A stretch of 63,940 nt of DNA, filler included, from Globobulimina sp. (Eukaryota), in assembly GCA_003354225.1 (NCBI GenBank). It is 29 parts of 29 records of this genome, joined end to end, with 100 filler letters (N's around TTAATTAATTAA, not from the genome) between each part and the next. Parts side by side here need not be neighbours in the genome. Positions count along the whole stretch, not along the records: positions 11,051 to 13,160 come from PIVH01008907.1; positions 13,261 to 15,370 come from PIVH01008908.1; positions 15,471 to 17,580 come from PIVH01008909.1; positions 17,681 to 19,789 come from PIVH01008910.1; positions 19,890 to 21,998 come from PIVH01008911.1; positions 22,099 to 24,207 come from PIVH01008912.1; 23 more parts are not named here. The stretch is one strand, 5' to 3'. Positions 11,414 to 23,280 of this stretch are shown in pieces. The notes below the pieces were generated by a model. That model searched no databases and was not told the DNA's origin. It worked only from the letters and a program-made list of their open reading frames with translations. Position 1 is the stretch's first letter. The number at the start of each line of letters is the position of its first letter. The translations under genes and the position numbers were made by a program.

Positions 11414-13160
11414 ATGGGTTGTATCACTTCCGGAAACAGACAAAATAACTCATTAACATTTCATTTCGCAGGTATCCAAATACCAAAATCACGAAAAAGC
11501 ACATTAAATATATCAAAGAAAGTACCTATTATTACCATCGATTCGTCGTTAAACACAGACGACACAATATTAAATTTAAAAAAAATAATTCATAAAACGT
11601 ATAAAATACCATCAGATAACAACATACTAATATTATACTCGAACATTATTATATCCAATGATGACGCATTAACATTGAAAGACTTTGGTATCACCAACAA
11701 TTCCTTACTGTTCTTAGCAATAAAGACAGAAAACGCTATCGATACTAGTACACCCTCACTGACCTCAATTACACCGCCACCACAAAATCTGTTAGCACCA
11801 CGATTATTACATAGAATTAACACGCCACCACCACCAATCCAGCCAATTCTCACTTTCCCACCAACCACTACTATCCATAGAAATCTTTCAATCCATAGAA
11901 ATCTCACACAGCTCAACAACCGACCAACACATCACCGTACTCCAAGACTAACCCATCACATTCAACCGATACATGCCGACGCATTCAACTTGGACGATTT
12001 ATGTGACACAGACACAGATGAAGAAATTTTCCATATGTTCAGCCTGATGCCAACTATTCCTGCCGCAGCTGATAACTTTCCAAGTTTCCCAACAACGCCA
12101 ATACCAACGTCACCTTCGCCGGAATTTCGTCCATATTCGTTGCCGCCAGGCTTTCGTGGTACGTTTAGAAACCGCAGCGCCTTACGTCTCAGCAACGAAT
12201 CGCCCTCTCCGTCTCCGGAACTACCGACCCTTTCGAGACAACACGCAATACGCTCCGAACGAATTGAGACAACGCTGCCATTTTTCCCTACAATCAAACC
12301 TACTTTGACTGACATTAAAACGCAATCAAATTCAAATAACTTGTCACCAACACACAGTAAGTCAGCGTCGCAAAGTAACGATTTAACTCTTACAACAGAT
12401 ATCGATGCCTGTTCATTGCAGCCAGTCAAAGGGTTTGATATCATAACCCAAGAACGTAATGTTTTAGGTTATAAAATGCCAAACTGCGCGCATTTTATGA
12501 ATAAGGATTCGTTGTATCAATATGCTGCGAATACATTTGAAGATGGCGATGTTTTCCTGCACTGTCCACACTCATTGGATGATGACAAAGAGCAGAAATA
12601 TGATGAATGGCGTTGCAGTCAATGTACCTTTACCAACATGATGGAGCTCTCAAATTGTACCATGTGCCTTGCTGCGAAAGTTGATGCTAAAACACTTTGT
12701 GCTGCTCAATGGGACTGGGCGCCGATTAAAAAAATATTAATGGCGCATGATATTGGAGCGGAGCTGGACTGCGTGGAAAAGTTAACCATTTTGGAATTGC
12801 TCTCTGCGCGGAATAAACTGGAGAAGGAATGCAATGTTCAGAAATGTCCAGCTTGTGACACATTATATTGCCGGGACGGTAATGATGGTAAGATATTGGG
12901 GAAAATGTCGAATTCGAGCAATTTGCAGAAAGTATTTAAGACAAAGTGTGTGCTGTGCCGTGAGGTTTCATTTTGTTGGGGCTGTGGTGTGCAATGGGAA
13001 GGTGAGCATTTTTGTGATTCTTCCTTCAGGTCGGAGTTGATTGAGATTTTGAAGGATGCGAAGACAAAAAAGATTGGCGAAGTGGAGAAGGTACCGTCCA
13101 TCCGATCGTGTCCTGGGTGCTGTCAATTGATATTTCATTCCGAAGCATGCAAACATATGA
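11414..13160 (+). CDS. UBL-domain RBR E3 ubiquitin ligase with RanBP2-type zinc finger, 3' partial
   Basis: MGC N-terminus; UBL (TILNLKKII...TLKDFGI); MPNCAH..CP; WRCSQCTFTN...CTMC; IBR CPAC...C..C...FCWGC...H.C; RING2 CPGC...HSEACKHM. Confidence 0.85.
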
Positions 13161-13448
13161 NNNNNNNNNNNNNNNNNNNNNNNNNNNNNNNNNNNNNNNN
13201 NNNNTTAATTAATTAANNNNNNNNNNNNNNNNNNNNNNNNNNNNNNNNNNNNNNNNNNNNATAAGAGAATATAATGAAGTAGGAGTTTGGAATAAGGACA
13301 GTCTTCCGGAAATAGGATTCGAAAAAATTCAACTTTTGTCAGCAGTATTTATTCTCAAAATCAAAATCTTAATGAATAATGTATTAGCAATTCAAAGGTT
13401 TTTTTAAAATAAGATATAAACCCGATATCAAAATAAAAAATGCTAATA

Positions 13449-15316
13449 AAGGGTGTTGAAAATGGTAACCAAAAACAAAGCGCATAAACTATAAATACAG
13501 TCACTTAAAGCTTGCAATCACCTCTGTTTTAGTATATCGATTTAAAATCGTTAACTCATTAAAATAGAACATAAAACAGAGGGAATATGCATCAGAAAAA
13601 TATCAGGCGATTAATCAATAAACAACTTCAATATAATCATCCTCACTGGAAAAAGATGAAGAAGAAAGCCAAAGCGAATTTGATTAAACAGATCATGGAA
13701 GAAGTTAAAAATGATTATGATTTTACCCAGGATTTGAACATTCCCATCGAAGAACTTACAGGCATTGAAGAACAAATGCCTACTAAAGGGATTATAACGA
13801 TTGCTGAAATGGCTGAATATATAAATAATTATTACAGTGATAATCTTTTCAATCTGAACATTACAAGAAAACCATTTTCCGAGATTGTAGATCAAGAGCT
13901 TATATTCATTGATGATCTACTTGATAATGAAATTATCAATAGTCTTCTTGCACCTGATGGCTATACAGCTTCCCACAGGGACATCCATCCCTATCAGTTG
14001 TTTAGAATGGAGCTTTTAAAAGTCATAAAGTACCCTGAAATAAGTTACAGGAAATTCTGTACTGAAGAGTATTTTGGCCCGGAAAGGAAACAAAATAGAA
14101 GATTTGTCGGATTACCATTAAATACAAAAAAGATCATTCATCATACAGAACTGTGTCATTTTCGAACCGGGTTATCTTTCCCCAAATTGATGAATGTTCT
14201 TGTTTACATTCTTCATTATTTATATAAATCCGGGAGCTTAGAAAATTCGTTAGTGCATGGAATTGATTCATCAGAACTCCCATCGGAAACCAACTATCCC
14301 TTATGCACAATAAAAGTCAAAGGCAAAAAAGTCCGGATTTACTCTGACCCTGACTGTGATTGTGGAAAACGTCGAAACAAAAGAGATAAGTCTCAGTATG
14401 TTATTGGTTATCGAATACACACGCTTACAGCAATCAATCCTTCCACAGGGCACAGTTTCCCCTTGGTATCTCTTGTCGGAGCAGCGAATCATCATGATAG
14501 TCTCTTTTTAACACCTTTAATCAAACTTGCACAGACAATGGGCATCGACGTAAAATTGCTGACAGCAGATCAAGCCTATCATGATAGCGATGGTTCTGTA
14601 CTTGAGGAGACCGGGGTTTATGTCATAGCACCTCCGTCTAAAAAAGCCGTACTTCCTGAGAATGTTTTGGAGTTTCCGGTGAGAGTAACCTGCAATGATT
14701 CATGTGAAATTCCATTAAGAATTCAGGGGAGTTCGCAACATGGACATGAATTCGGTTGTGTTGCTGAATCTGGAGAATGTATATTTGAATCAAGTTGTCC
14801 AAAATTCAGAAACATTCCATTTGATACCGGATATTTTCAACCCATGCCTACTTTTCTTGAAATGGCTGAAAGAGCAATAGACATCCGCAAAAACTGTGAA
14901 AGACCATTTAATCTTATGAAAAAAAGAGAGGGCCTTGAACAGACAAGAGTAAGAAGTCAACATGGAGTGGTTGCCCGTTCTACATTTACAACAATTGCAA
15001 CATTATTGATTGAAATGGCTGGGACAAGGCAAAAAAACAAAAAAAAAGATGATAAACAAAAGGAGTTATTTCCTGCCACAGGATAAGATAAAGGTTGCAA
15101 CACACACATATTAGATTTTTTTCTAAGCTGATTGCTTTGCTTGTTGTGCTATGGCCTGAATATTATGATGAACCGCTCTTATACGAGTTTTTAAAAGGTT
15201 AAAAACAGAATCAGGTCATATAGTTAACAATTTGAGTAAAAAAACTTAAAAAATATAATTCAAAAACTGAAGGGGCTTTATTTTTCTTTGAAAAATGGAG
15301 AGGCTTCAACACCCTT
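13449..15316 (+). mobile_element. Complete bacterial insertion sequence (DDE; IS4/IS5/IS1182-like), 1868 bp
   Basis: Terminal inverted repeats AAGGGTGTTGAA (13449-13460) and TTCAACACCCTT (15305-15316); direct repeat TAATA at 13444-13448 and 15317-15321; single transposase ORF. Confidence 0.85.
13587..15086 (+). CDS. DDE transposase
   Basis: GIDSS, LTADQAYHD and RKNCERPFNLMK (R-x3-E-x6-K signature); intronless; GAGGG Shine-Dalgarno-like motif just upstream. Confidence 0.88.
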   Translation: MHQKNIRRLINKQLQYNHPHWKKMKKKAKANLIKQIMEEVKNDYDFTQDLNIPIEELTGIEEQMPTKGIITIAEMAEYINNYYSDNLFNLNITRKPFSEIVDQELIFIDDLLDNEIINSLLAPDGYTASHRDIHPYQLFRMELLKVIKYPEISYRKFCTEEYFGPERKQNRRFVGLPLNTKKIIHHTELCHFRTGLSFPKLMNVLVYILHYLYKSGSLENSLVHGIDSSELPSETNYPLCTIKVKGKKVRIYSDPDCDCGKRRNKRDKSQYVIGYRIHTLTAINPSTGHSFPLVSLVGAANHHDSLFLTPLIKLAQTMGIDVKLLTADQAYHDSDGSVLEETGVYVIAPPSKKAVLPENVLEFPVRVTCNDSCEIPLRIQGSSQHGHEFGCVAESGECIFESSCPKFRNIPFDTGYFQPMPTFLEMAERAIDIRKNCERPFNLMKKREGLEQTRVRSQHGVVARSTFTTIATLLIEMAGTRQKNKKKDDKQKELFPATG

Positions 15317-16205
15317 TAATAGATTAAAAAACTTGATAGGCTATAAAAAATGGAATGATGATCAATGATANNNNNNNNNNNNNNNNNNNNNNNNNNNNNN
15401 NNNNNNNNNNNNNNTTAATTAATTAANNNNNNNNNNNNNNNNNNNNNNNNNNNNNNNNNNNNNNNNNNNNACAAATGTATCTATTTGCAGAACAGTGAGC
15501 AAATCCAGTCTTCCAGAAGGGTGGCAATAACTCAAAACACCAAAAGAGGAGAAGGCAGGCATATGATATCAAGTGCCTTGAGATCATCTATTGCGTCGGC
15601 AAATTGCGTAGCAAAGGTCCTACATTGTCAAAGTCCGCCATTTTGTGAAGTCCTTCAAATCCTAAAGCGGTCCGTCAAAGGTCCGCATAAGATGTGCATG
15701 ACACAGGATGACGCATGACAGCGCTCAACTCACTTTGGTACTGTAAGGACAAAAAGGACGAACAAAATAGACGTTAATCGATGCGACGCTAGACTTTCTC
15801 ACGAACAATTGCCACTTTATTATGGGAATATAATATTTGCATACCATTGTTCTGTCATTAGACATCAAACTGTAAACTATACAAGTGCCTTCTTGATACT
15901 TTTATCATTAATTGTTTATTGAATTGGTCGTGTGATTCGCTCCTCAGAGCAACTTCAATATTATAAAGCTATTGTGTTTTCCAGTTGTCATTAAGGTACA
16001 CCTTTTATTGTTATGCATCGTAGTATAGCTTTTCTCTGAGTGAGCTCCGTTTTGCTGTTATTGCTCTCGATATTGCAGAATCATCGTCACCATTCTAACA
16101 GTATTTAGTGTGGTTATAGCTGTCTCTTTGGCACCCGTGAACCGAGTTCTAGAGGTTACAACTAGGCAGTAACAAATCACATTATTATACTTATTACTGT
16201 TACAG

Positions 16206-16216
16206 TGGTGGCAGCT
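16206..16216 (+). promoter_or_regulatory. Putative primer binding site complementary to tRNA-Leu 3' end
   Basis: TGGTGGCAGC is the reverse complement of GCUGCCACCA, the 3' end of eukaryotic tRNA-Leu(AAG-type). Confidence 0.55.
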
Positions 16217-16276
16217 AACTTGTGTTGTGCTATATTGTGTTACGTGCAAACGGACCCTTCACAGGTTCAGTAGCTA

Positions 16277-17563
16277 ATGAACAATAACTCGGGTACAAAA
16301 AGGCATAATATGGGAGACAAATCGTCAGAGAAACAATCGTCGTCGCGTCCAAATACTCGAGCAAATGCTCATGCAAATGCCAGCGCGTCCAAAATTGGGA
16401 ATAATTCGACTCCTGCGTTACCAAATGCGACAAAAAGTAAACGGGCAAGTAAATTAGCCGAAAATCGTGACATAGAAAAGGAGACGCAAATTTTTTCGCG
16501 TTCGGTTGACGATCAGGCATCTAACAGTGAAAATGTGTTGACGCAAAACGTTATTAATAGTCCAGACGATGTATTATTGACGCCATTACTTACGACCGAA
16601 AACGATTCGACCACAACGACGCCAAAAGGGGATGGGTTGATTAAAACGGTAGATAACACGATTGTTGATGTTTCCCCCCCTTTTCAGACGTGCAAAAAAC
16701 CGGACGAACCGTCAAGTCGTTTGCCAATAGCTGAGTCGACCGAAAAGGACCCAATTTCTATTTTACAGTCACCATTAGGGGGCCCAGGCAAACCTAAAGC
16801 TACATCGTCTAAAATGAGTTTTGCGAATCCATTTTCGGGCTTATTTGGCCGTGCTTCATCGCGTAGTCAGTCGGCAAATCAAAATGTACAGGATACACCG
16901 ACTAAATTACAAGCCGATGATGAAGTCGATCGTTTGCGTCATGAAAATGCACAGTTAAAATCGGCGAATGCGCAAAATCGAACAGATTTAGAAAACACCA
17001 AATTGGGGAAAAACGATCTTGAACACATGTATCAAGGTTTACTGGACGGAAAAGATGCTAAAATCGGTGAACTACGTCAACAAAAAAACGTAGCAGTGTC
17101 TAAAGTCGATAAATTGACACGGAATCAAACGGTACTATTAGGTAATCAAACGATTTTGACCGAAACTAACAAAGAAATCGAGGCACGCATTTTGCAAATT
17201 GAGTGGGAAAATGCACAGCGATCGCAATCTAGAGCTGACAGTATTAATAAATATTCAAAACCTTCTTTTCAGAAAATTTCTAAAGCTCATTCAACAACCC
17301 AAGATCCAAATCAAACGGGTAAGAAGGATGTTATTATTGATAATGTGCAGCTGAAGCCTCAATGTCAAAGTGGCCCAATTAAAATCGGTCAAAATGTTTC
17401 TAAAGATACCCAGTATTCATCCACATCGATTTGCACCATTCCGCCGCTGCCTCAACCACCTTTGGTAAAGGACACAGGTAAATCGGGGGCAAAATCATTC
17501 TACATAGATCAGATCACTTCCCCCCGTCATACCCCCTTTAGATCGCCAATTTACTGCGCATAG
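16277..17563 (+). CDS. Disordered/coiled-coil protein, possible gag/ORF1 N-terminal part
   Basis: 428 aa, intronless, coiled coil at about aa 210-315; the +1 frame stays open past the stop to the contig end. Confidence 0.55.
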   Translation: MNNNSGTKRHNMGDKSSEKQSSSRPNTRANAHANASASKIGNNSTPALPNATKSKRASKLAENRDIEKETQIFSRSVDDQASNSENVLTQNVINSPDDVLLTPLLTTENDSTTTTPKGDGLIKTVDNTIVDVSPPFQTCKKPDEPSSRLPIAESTEKDPISILQSPLGGPGKPKATSSKMSFANPFSGLFGRASSRSQSANQNVQDTPTKLQADDEVDRLRHENAQLKSANAQNRTDLENTKLGKNDLEHMYQGLLDGKDAKIGELRQQKNVAVSKVDKLTRNQTVLLGNQTILTETNKEIEARILQIEWENAQRSQSRADSINKYSKPSFQKISKAHSTTQDPNQTGKKDVIIDNVQLKPQCQSGPIKIGQNVSKDTQYSSTSICTIPPLPQPPLVKDTGKSGAKSFYIDQITSPRHTPFRSPIYCA

Positions 17564-17680
17564 ACAGACTAAAAGTGTGANNNNNNNNNNNNNNNNNNNN
17601 NNNNNNNNNNNNNNNNNNNNNNNNTTAATTAATTAANNNNNNNNNNNNNNNNNNNNNNNNNNNNNNNNNNNNNNNNNNNN

Positions 17681-19780
17681 TTTTGAATGAGTTACATAAT
17701 AAATTGCATTGTTATAAGCTCGACACATAAACCATTTCCATTCACATTGTAATTGTATATCCGTATCATTATTGTCATTATTATTATTATTATTTGATTG
17801 TGATAACACAATATTTTTATCATTCAATAAATCTATGATATCTATAAAATATTTTTGCGTTTTTTCAATTTCATGTAATTGTGAACCAATCCATAAAATT
17901 ATTAATCTCCGATACATGAATGCTTTATAAATATTTTCTTTATTATTCAAATCAAAACAATTATTGTTCAATATTTTATCCATTATAATTATCCCAAATG
18001 CATATTTATTTTCATTATCAAATCGAAACAAATAATGTATCATTTCCATATATTCCATTTCATAAACATTGAAATCACATTTTTTGATAAAACATTGTAA
18101 ATCTTCTTTATTTTCATTTATTATTAACAAACATTTAAATTGTATCAAATTAATAACTTTTGCAATTTGTAAATTATTATTTATCATATTTTTGCATTCA
18201 TTTATTAGCAATAAACACCGTTTTGAATCATTTATAGCTGTTTCTGTCTGTTTTTCGGCTGATTTTATCTTAAATATAATAGCAAATAACTCACATAATT
18301 TCATTGCAGTTATATCTGGTGCCGATTGTTGCGATTTTGGTATGCGATCAAATAATAAATGCGCACTATCAAATGCATCACAATTATCATTCAAATCTGC
18401 AATAATAAAATCCCATAAATTATGAGCAAAATATTTAATATGTTTAATATTAATTATATTTATATTTACACTCCTTTTTAAATATGATTTCATTTTCTCT
18501 TTTGATTTATCATTATTTTTAATACATTTTTTTAAACATTCAATGATTTGTTTTAATATTTCAACATTTTCTTCAGTTTCAAATGCTTTCTCTAAAATTT
18601 CTAACGTAAAAAATAAACAATTTTCATGTTTTATTGATTGGGCCACAATGGATATTAATATTTCTTTTGAATACAATGGATTTTGTTCAATTTCATGAAA
18701 TATTTCCTTGGCTTTCAAACAATTATTTTGTTGAAAATAACATTGTATTTCACATACCAAACAACTGAAATTATTTTCGCCCGTTTTATTATTTATTTCT
18801 TTTCCTTTTGATATCCATTTTAAAGCTTCATTAAATTGTTTTAAATCAATGCATAAAACAGAAAGAAATCGCCAAAAATCAGTGCTTGAAATGTCTGTAT
18901 TTGCTGGTAAATGTTCGATAAAATTAACTGCCACACTCAAAAACCTTAAACTTATTTGTGACTGTTGTATGGATTTAAAATGAATTGCGATATTCCAGAT
19001 TTTCATAGCAATCGCAATACGCATTGACTCTGTCCATTGTTGCGGATTTTTTATACTTACTTTTGTAATTTCAGCCATAATTTGAGTTTTATCGCCAATA
19101 TCAACTGTTTTTAGACATAATTTCCGCAATAAAACGGATGGATTTTCTCCAAATCGACCACTTAAAATATTTAGTGCTTGATCTGCGATGTGATATTGTT
19201 GATAATTTTGACATGAATCAACAATTTGTATTCCACTCTCAATTGCAATTTTATTTGTTTTTAATGGCTCTAAGATATAATTTGAAATTTGTTCCTTTTT
19301 CATCGTATCACTCGATAAACATAAAACACATCGAATATGGACCAAATGTGTCCATAACTCGCCACTTTCTTTGTCATTATCTATTTCTAATGCATTTATC
19401 GTATCATTTATCACTGCAATCGGCATAATTAATGATTTTTTATTAATATTTTGCTGTTTGCTATTAAATAAATACAATCCTAACACTATTCTACCAATGA
19501 TAATATTTATATAATTAATATCTTTTATATTTTCTGCGTTTATGTCAGGATTGTTTGTACTTTGTGCAATTTTTAATGCGGCAACAAAACAATTTGCAAC
19601 GTAAGTTTTATTATTTTCACATTTAAATTGTGTGAATGCGATGTTATTATATAAACTCATTGCAATTCGTAATAAATGTTCAATGCAATGCTGCGATGAT
19701 ATTGTTACTATTTCAGTTAATATTTCATCCACAATACTTTCGTTTTCCTTTTCTTTTGTAATATAAGATTTTATTTCCAT
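17681..19780 (-). CDS. TPR-like protein resembling meiotic ZIP4/SPO22/TEX11, 3' partial
   Basis: All-helical; motifs IWNIAIHF, RFLSVLCIDLKQFNEALKWI and EWKWFMCRAYNNAIYY in the order seen in TEX11/ZIP4. Confidence 0.55.
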
Positions 19781-19889
19781 TATTTTTAANNNNNNNNNNN
19801 NNNNNNNNNNNNNNNNNNNNNNNNNNNNNNNNNTTAATTAATTAANNNNNNNNNNNNNNNNNNNNNNNNNNNNNNNNNNNNNNNNNNNN

Positions 19890-20952
19890 TGAAGAACGGA
19901 AAGCTGAGAATGAGACTGATCCGTATCTCCACCTCCTCCTAATTCTGATAATTCTCTCTGCCAAGCGGCTATATCAACGGTTGATGGATTTGCAACGGAT
20001 GCTGGATTCGGAGTATTTGCACGAGATCCGGTCGAATCAATATCAATATTACTGTCTTGATTTGATGCATCTTTTTCTTTTGAGTCGGATGATGTGTCTT
20101 CGTTTGATATGTCAGCGATTAGTTTGTTGGGATCCAATATCGCTGTCTTGTATGCATCAAATATCTCTGCCGTATTGACCCCTTCCTGCAATTTACTTAT
20201 CCATTGCCCTAAACCACGCCATTCGATCTCAAATGTGTTAATTTTATAATGGACTTTTACTTTTTGAAGACCAAAGTCACGGCCTTCGTACATTTCCAAG
20301 CTCGGAGTATTGTGAATCGTCACTTTCCTCTCTCCATTACCGAACCAGTCATTCCATGTTTTTATTGCTAATCTCCAGATAAACTAATTAACGAAGTGAT
20401 ACTAATGAACTCATCCGGACCATCAGGATTTGGATGATTTGATGAGCCTTTTAATGATTTCAATAACGTGTCAACTAAATTGAGAGTTGTATAATCCAAT
20501 TCTTCTTCCAACCACGTTGCTAATTTCGTTTCCATGATATTGATCACGACTGATTTTATATTCTCGATCACCTCCCAACATTTCATCTGTCCCATTGTCG
20601 GAGTGATCCTCCCATTGCCATCACTTTGTGATATTAATGGATGTGCTTCATTGTCAATAATGAGGCTTCCTTGTGCGCATTTACGTAATGTGCAATAATC
20701 CGCACTTGAACCTTCACGGACTACTTTATAAGCAATTTGCTCCACGTCACCGACGACTTTCTTGATCTCATTAAAGGATAATATCAACGATATGTCGTCG
20801 TAAAACTCCAATAATGCATTATTTACTGTGAAGTCTGGATCAGTTTGTGCCGGTGCACTCGGTAATTTTGCTGTTGCGACGATGCTATTCGCAATGATTC
20901 TTTTCATATTCGTGTGGCGTAAAGCCTTTCCTACATCGATAGATATCGACAT
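19890..20952 (-). pseudogene. Unknown protein with one frameshift near 20370, 3' partial; possibly retroelement ORF1
   Basis: Adding one T at GAT^TAGCA joins ...SLSGD to LAIKTWNDWFGNGERKVTIHNTP...; intronless. Confidence 0.5.
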
Positions 20953-21371
20953 CTATCGTTTCTTACGAATATTATTGATAAACAACTGTTTCTTACGACT
21001 GTCTGCTAAGACTATGGTACTTCACTAAAAACAAAAAGAATTCTAAAAAACTTGAAGATATAAAGAAATAAATAAAAAGAATGTTATATTCTATCTTCAT
21101 CTTTCACATAAAACCCTTGTTCCACGTATACAACATTGTGTTTGTTTCTAGAAAGGGTTATTTTCAAACAAGGGTATATAGTTTCGACGTTTCGACAAAT
21201 GCTGTCTTCGGTATCTTTTATTTATAAAATATTAATTATTGAAGCAAGCTTAGTAGAAATGGAATTAATATTTGTATACCCGTGTTTGTAATATTATAAT
21301 ATCTACTTTTTATAATATTACTAACCAAGTATTACCATCGTAATATTACATTATACCGAAAATTCAATTAT

Positions 21372-21520
21372 AAAGAGCATCCGGTCTTCAGCGTCAGATT
21401 TTTATTGGAGTAAGGTATAAGCAAACCGTTTCTGGTGACTGATAAAGGTAAAAATAATATAGGTTTGCCTTCGTTTCTCAGAAACAATAAAAATCTGACG
21501 CTGAAAACAGGATGCTCTTT
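21372..21520. repeat. 149-bp foldback, 36-bp arms (MITE-like)
   Basis: 21372-21407 versus 21485-21520, 34/36 complementary; inner GCAAACC/GGTTTGC pair. Confidence 0.85.
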
Positions 21521-21883
21521 GTTCTGACTTTGTTCTGGATTTGCAAACCCAAGACAAAGTTATAATAAGCCCAAGACAAACCTATAGCAAACCGTTTCTC
21601 TAATGCATGCAACTTATCTTTTGGAATACATCGGTTTTGCAGAGTACATTTTTTTTACAGAATATACATTTTCGAACTTAGCCAGGGTGTTAATTTTGCT
21701 GTTTTTTCTTCAAGATTCTGTGCGCGATGGTGAACTTACTTAAATATTATCTGGACGTACACACATTTGTAGAAAGGAATATTTAATATTACTACTTTCG
21801 AAACGATGCAACTTTGTAAGTGTGACTTTTAATTTCCTAAAAACAGTACTTTTTTTCGATTTTTGGATTTCCGTGAAAAAAAT

Positions 21884-21994
21884 AATTCCCATGATTCCAT
21901 TAAAAACAATATATAATTCCGATGATTCCCTTGAAAACAATAAATCTTTTCAACTTTTTTCCGTCTTTTTTTCAAGGGAATAATCGAAATTATT
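21884..21994. repeat. ~30-bp unit, two direct copies plus one inverted partial copy
   Basis: ATAATTCC(C/G)ATGATTCC(A/C)TT(A/G)AAAACAATA twice, then TTTTCAAGGGAATAATCGAAATTAT. Confidence 0.7.
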
Positions 21995-22098
21995 GTTTNN
22001 NNNNNNNNNNNNNNNNNNNNNNNNNNNNNNNNNNNNNNNNNNTTAATTAATTAANNNNNNNNNNNNNNNNNNNNNNNNNNNNNNNNNNNNNNNNNNNN

Positions 22099-23237
22099 TT
22101 GAATAATTTATTTACAATCCCCTCCGCAAAAAACTGAATCCAATATTTTGGACGATGGCCAGCAAAGTGTAAAATGGAAGGATAATGATCCATTTTTTTA
22201 TTATACCAACCATTTTCCCTCAATTCGAAGCTTGAAGATTTTAAAGCCTTTAACGTATCTTCAATAGCAAATAGTGGCAATTTGGATGTTTTAAATATCA
22301 AAGAGTAATAATCTAAAACCATATTGATATTAACAGATTGGTTAAAATAATACGCATAAATAAGCCCTTGATCCCCACCAAACTTATTTCGCATGTTAGT
22401 GACATTACGACCATACGAAACAAAAATGTTCCTAAATTGCTCAAACATTAAATTGACATCATCCAAATATCCCACCCAACCACCTCCATTTAAAAATACT
22501 CCGTAGATCTCCAATTCCTTTGGCGCAGCGGTGACAAACTTATAACACCATGTTCCTGATGGAAAACAACTGTCTGCGGTGGACCAAATCACTTTATTTT
22601 CATATTCTTGTTTTTGGTTTAACTCAATAAATTGTTTCAAAATATAACTATAATTTCTTTGGAATATTACATCATATGCATCGACATACATTATTATAAT
22701 CGATTTTTTTTGTTGTTTAATGGTATATTTTTCGTCCAAATATTTAATATACTTTGATAAAGCAATCAGTTTTGCTGTGTGTTTCAATGATCGTCTGCTT
22801 TGTTTCTTCATTTTATCATTAAATGTAAACTCAAAACCATTCCCCAAATATTTTATGTTAATATTTAATTGAGCATTAATACGAACACAATTACAAAAAT
22901 AACCCAGTTGGTGATGTCCAGGAGGAGGGAATGTAAAATATGATAATATATGCAATTCATGTTCAGTATCTGCGTTATTATTGACTTGTTTCTGTAATAT
23001 ATTCAATTTGTCATTTATTTGATTGATTTCATTTAATTGTCGTTGCTTTAAAGATTCCATATCTTGCAGAATGACCTCCACTTTGTCAAATAATTGGTTA
23101 TATCTTTCATTTATATTACTAGACAGCAACAGGTTGGTCATATGTGTTGAAACAAATGCAGAGAAAAATGTCGATAACACCACTGTTAACAAAAATGCTG
23201 AGAATAACCAGGCAACTTTCATTGACTTTAATGCCAT
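22099..23237 (-). CDS. Type II membrane GT-A glycosyltransferase (PLOD glycosyltransferase-domain-like), 3' partial
   Basis: N-terminal TM and coiled stem; YVDAYDVIF, CFP, FLNGGGWVG, DQ, LDY, ILHFAG. Confidence 0.8.
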
Positions 23238-23280
23238 TTTCCTTGAATAAAGTTTTTTTTTTAACAAAAACTTACTCCGA

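Larger units (their letters stand above)
15742..17580 (+). mobile_element. Probable 5' part of an LTR retrotransposon (LTR, PBS, gag-like ORF); LTR start uncertain
   Basis: ...GTTACA (16204), one base, then TGGTGGCAGCT, with an ORF 60 nt later; candidate LTR starts TGTAA at 15742 or 15871. Confidence 0.5.

Noticed and set aside
13261-17580. IS element and putative LTR element as a composite transposon
   Set aside because: Different contigs and probably different organisms.
21181-21214. Minus-strand CCGAAGA...GAAACGTC resembling a Penelope-type minimal hammerhead ribozyme
   Set aside because: The core U4 is missing, stem II only forms by consuming G8-A9, and stem I does not pair.
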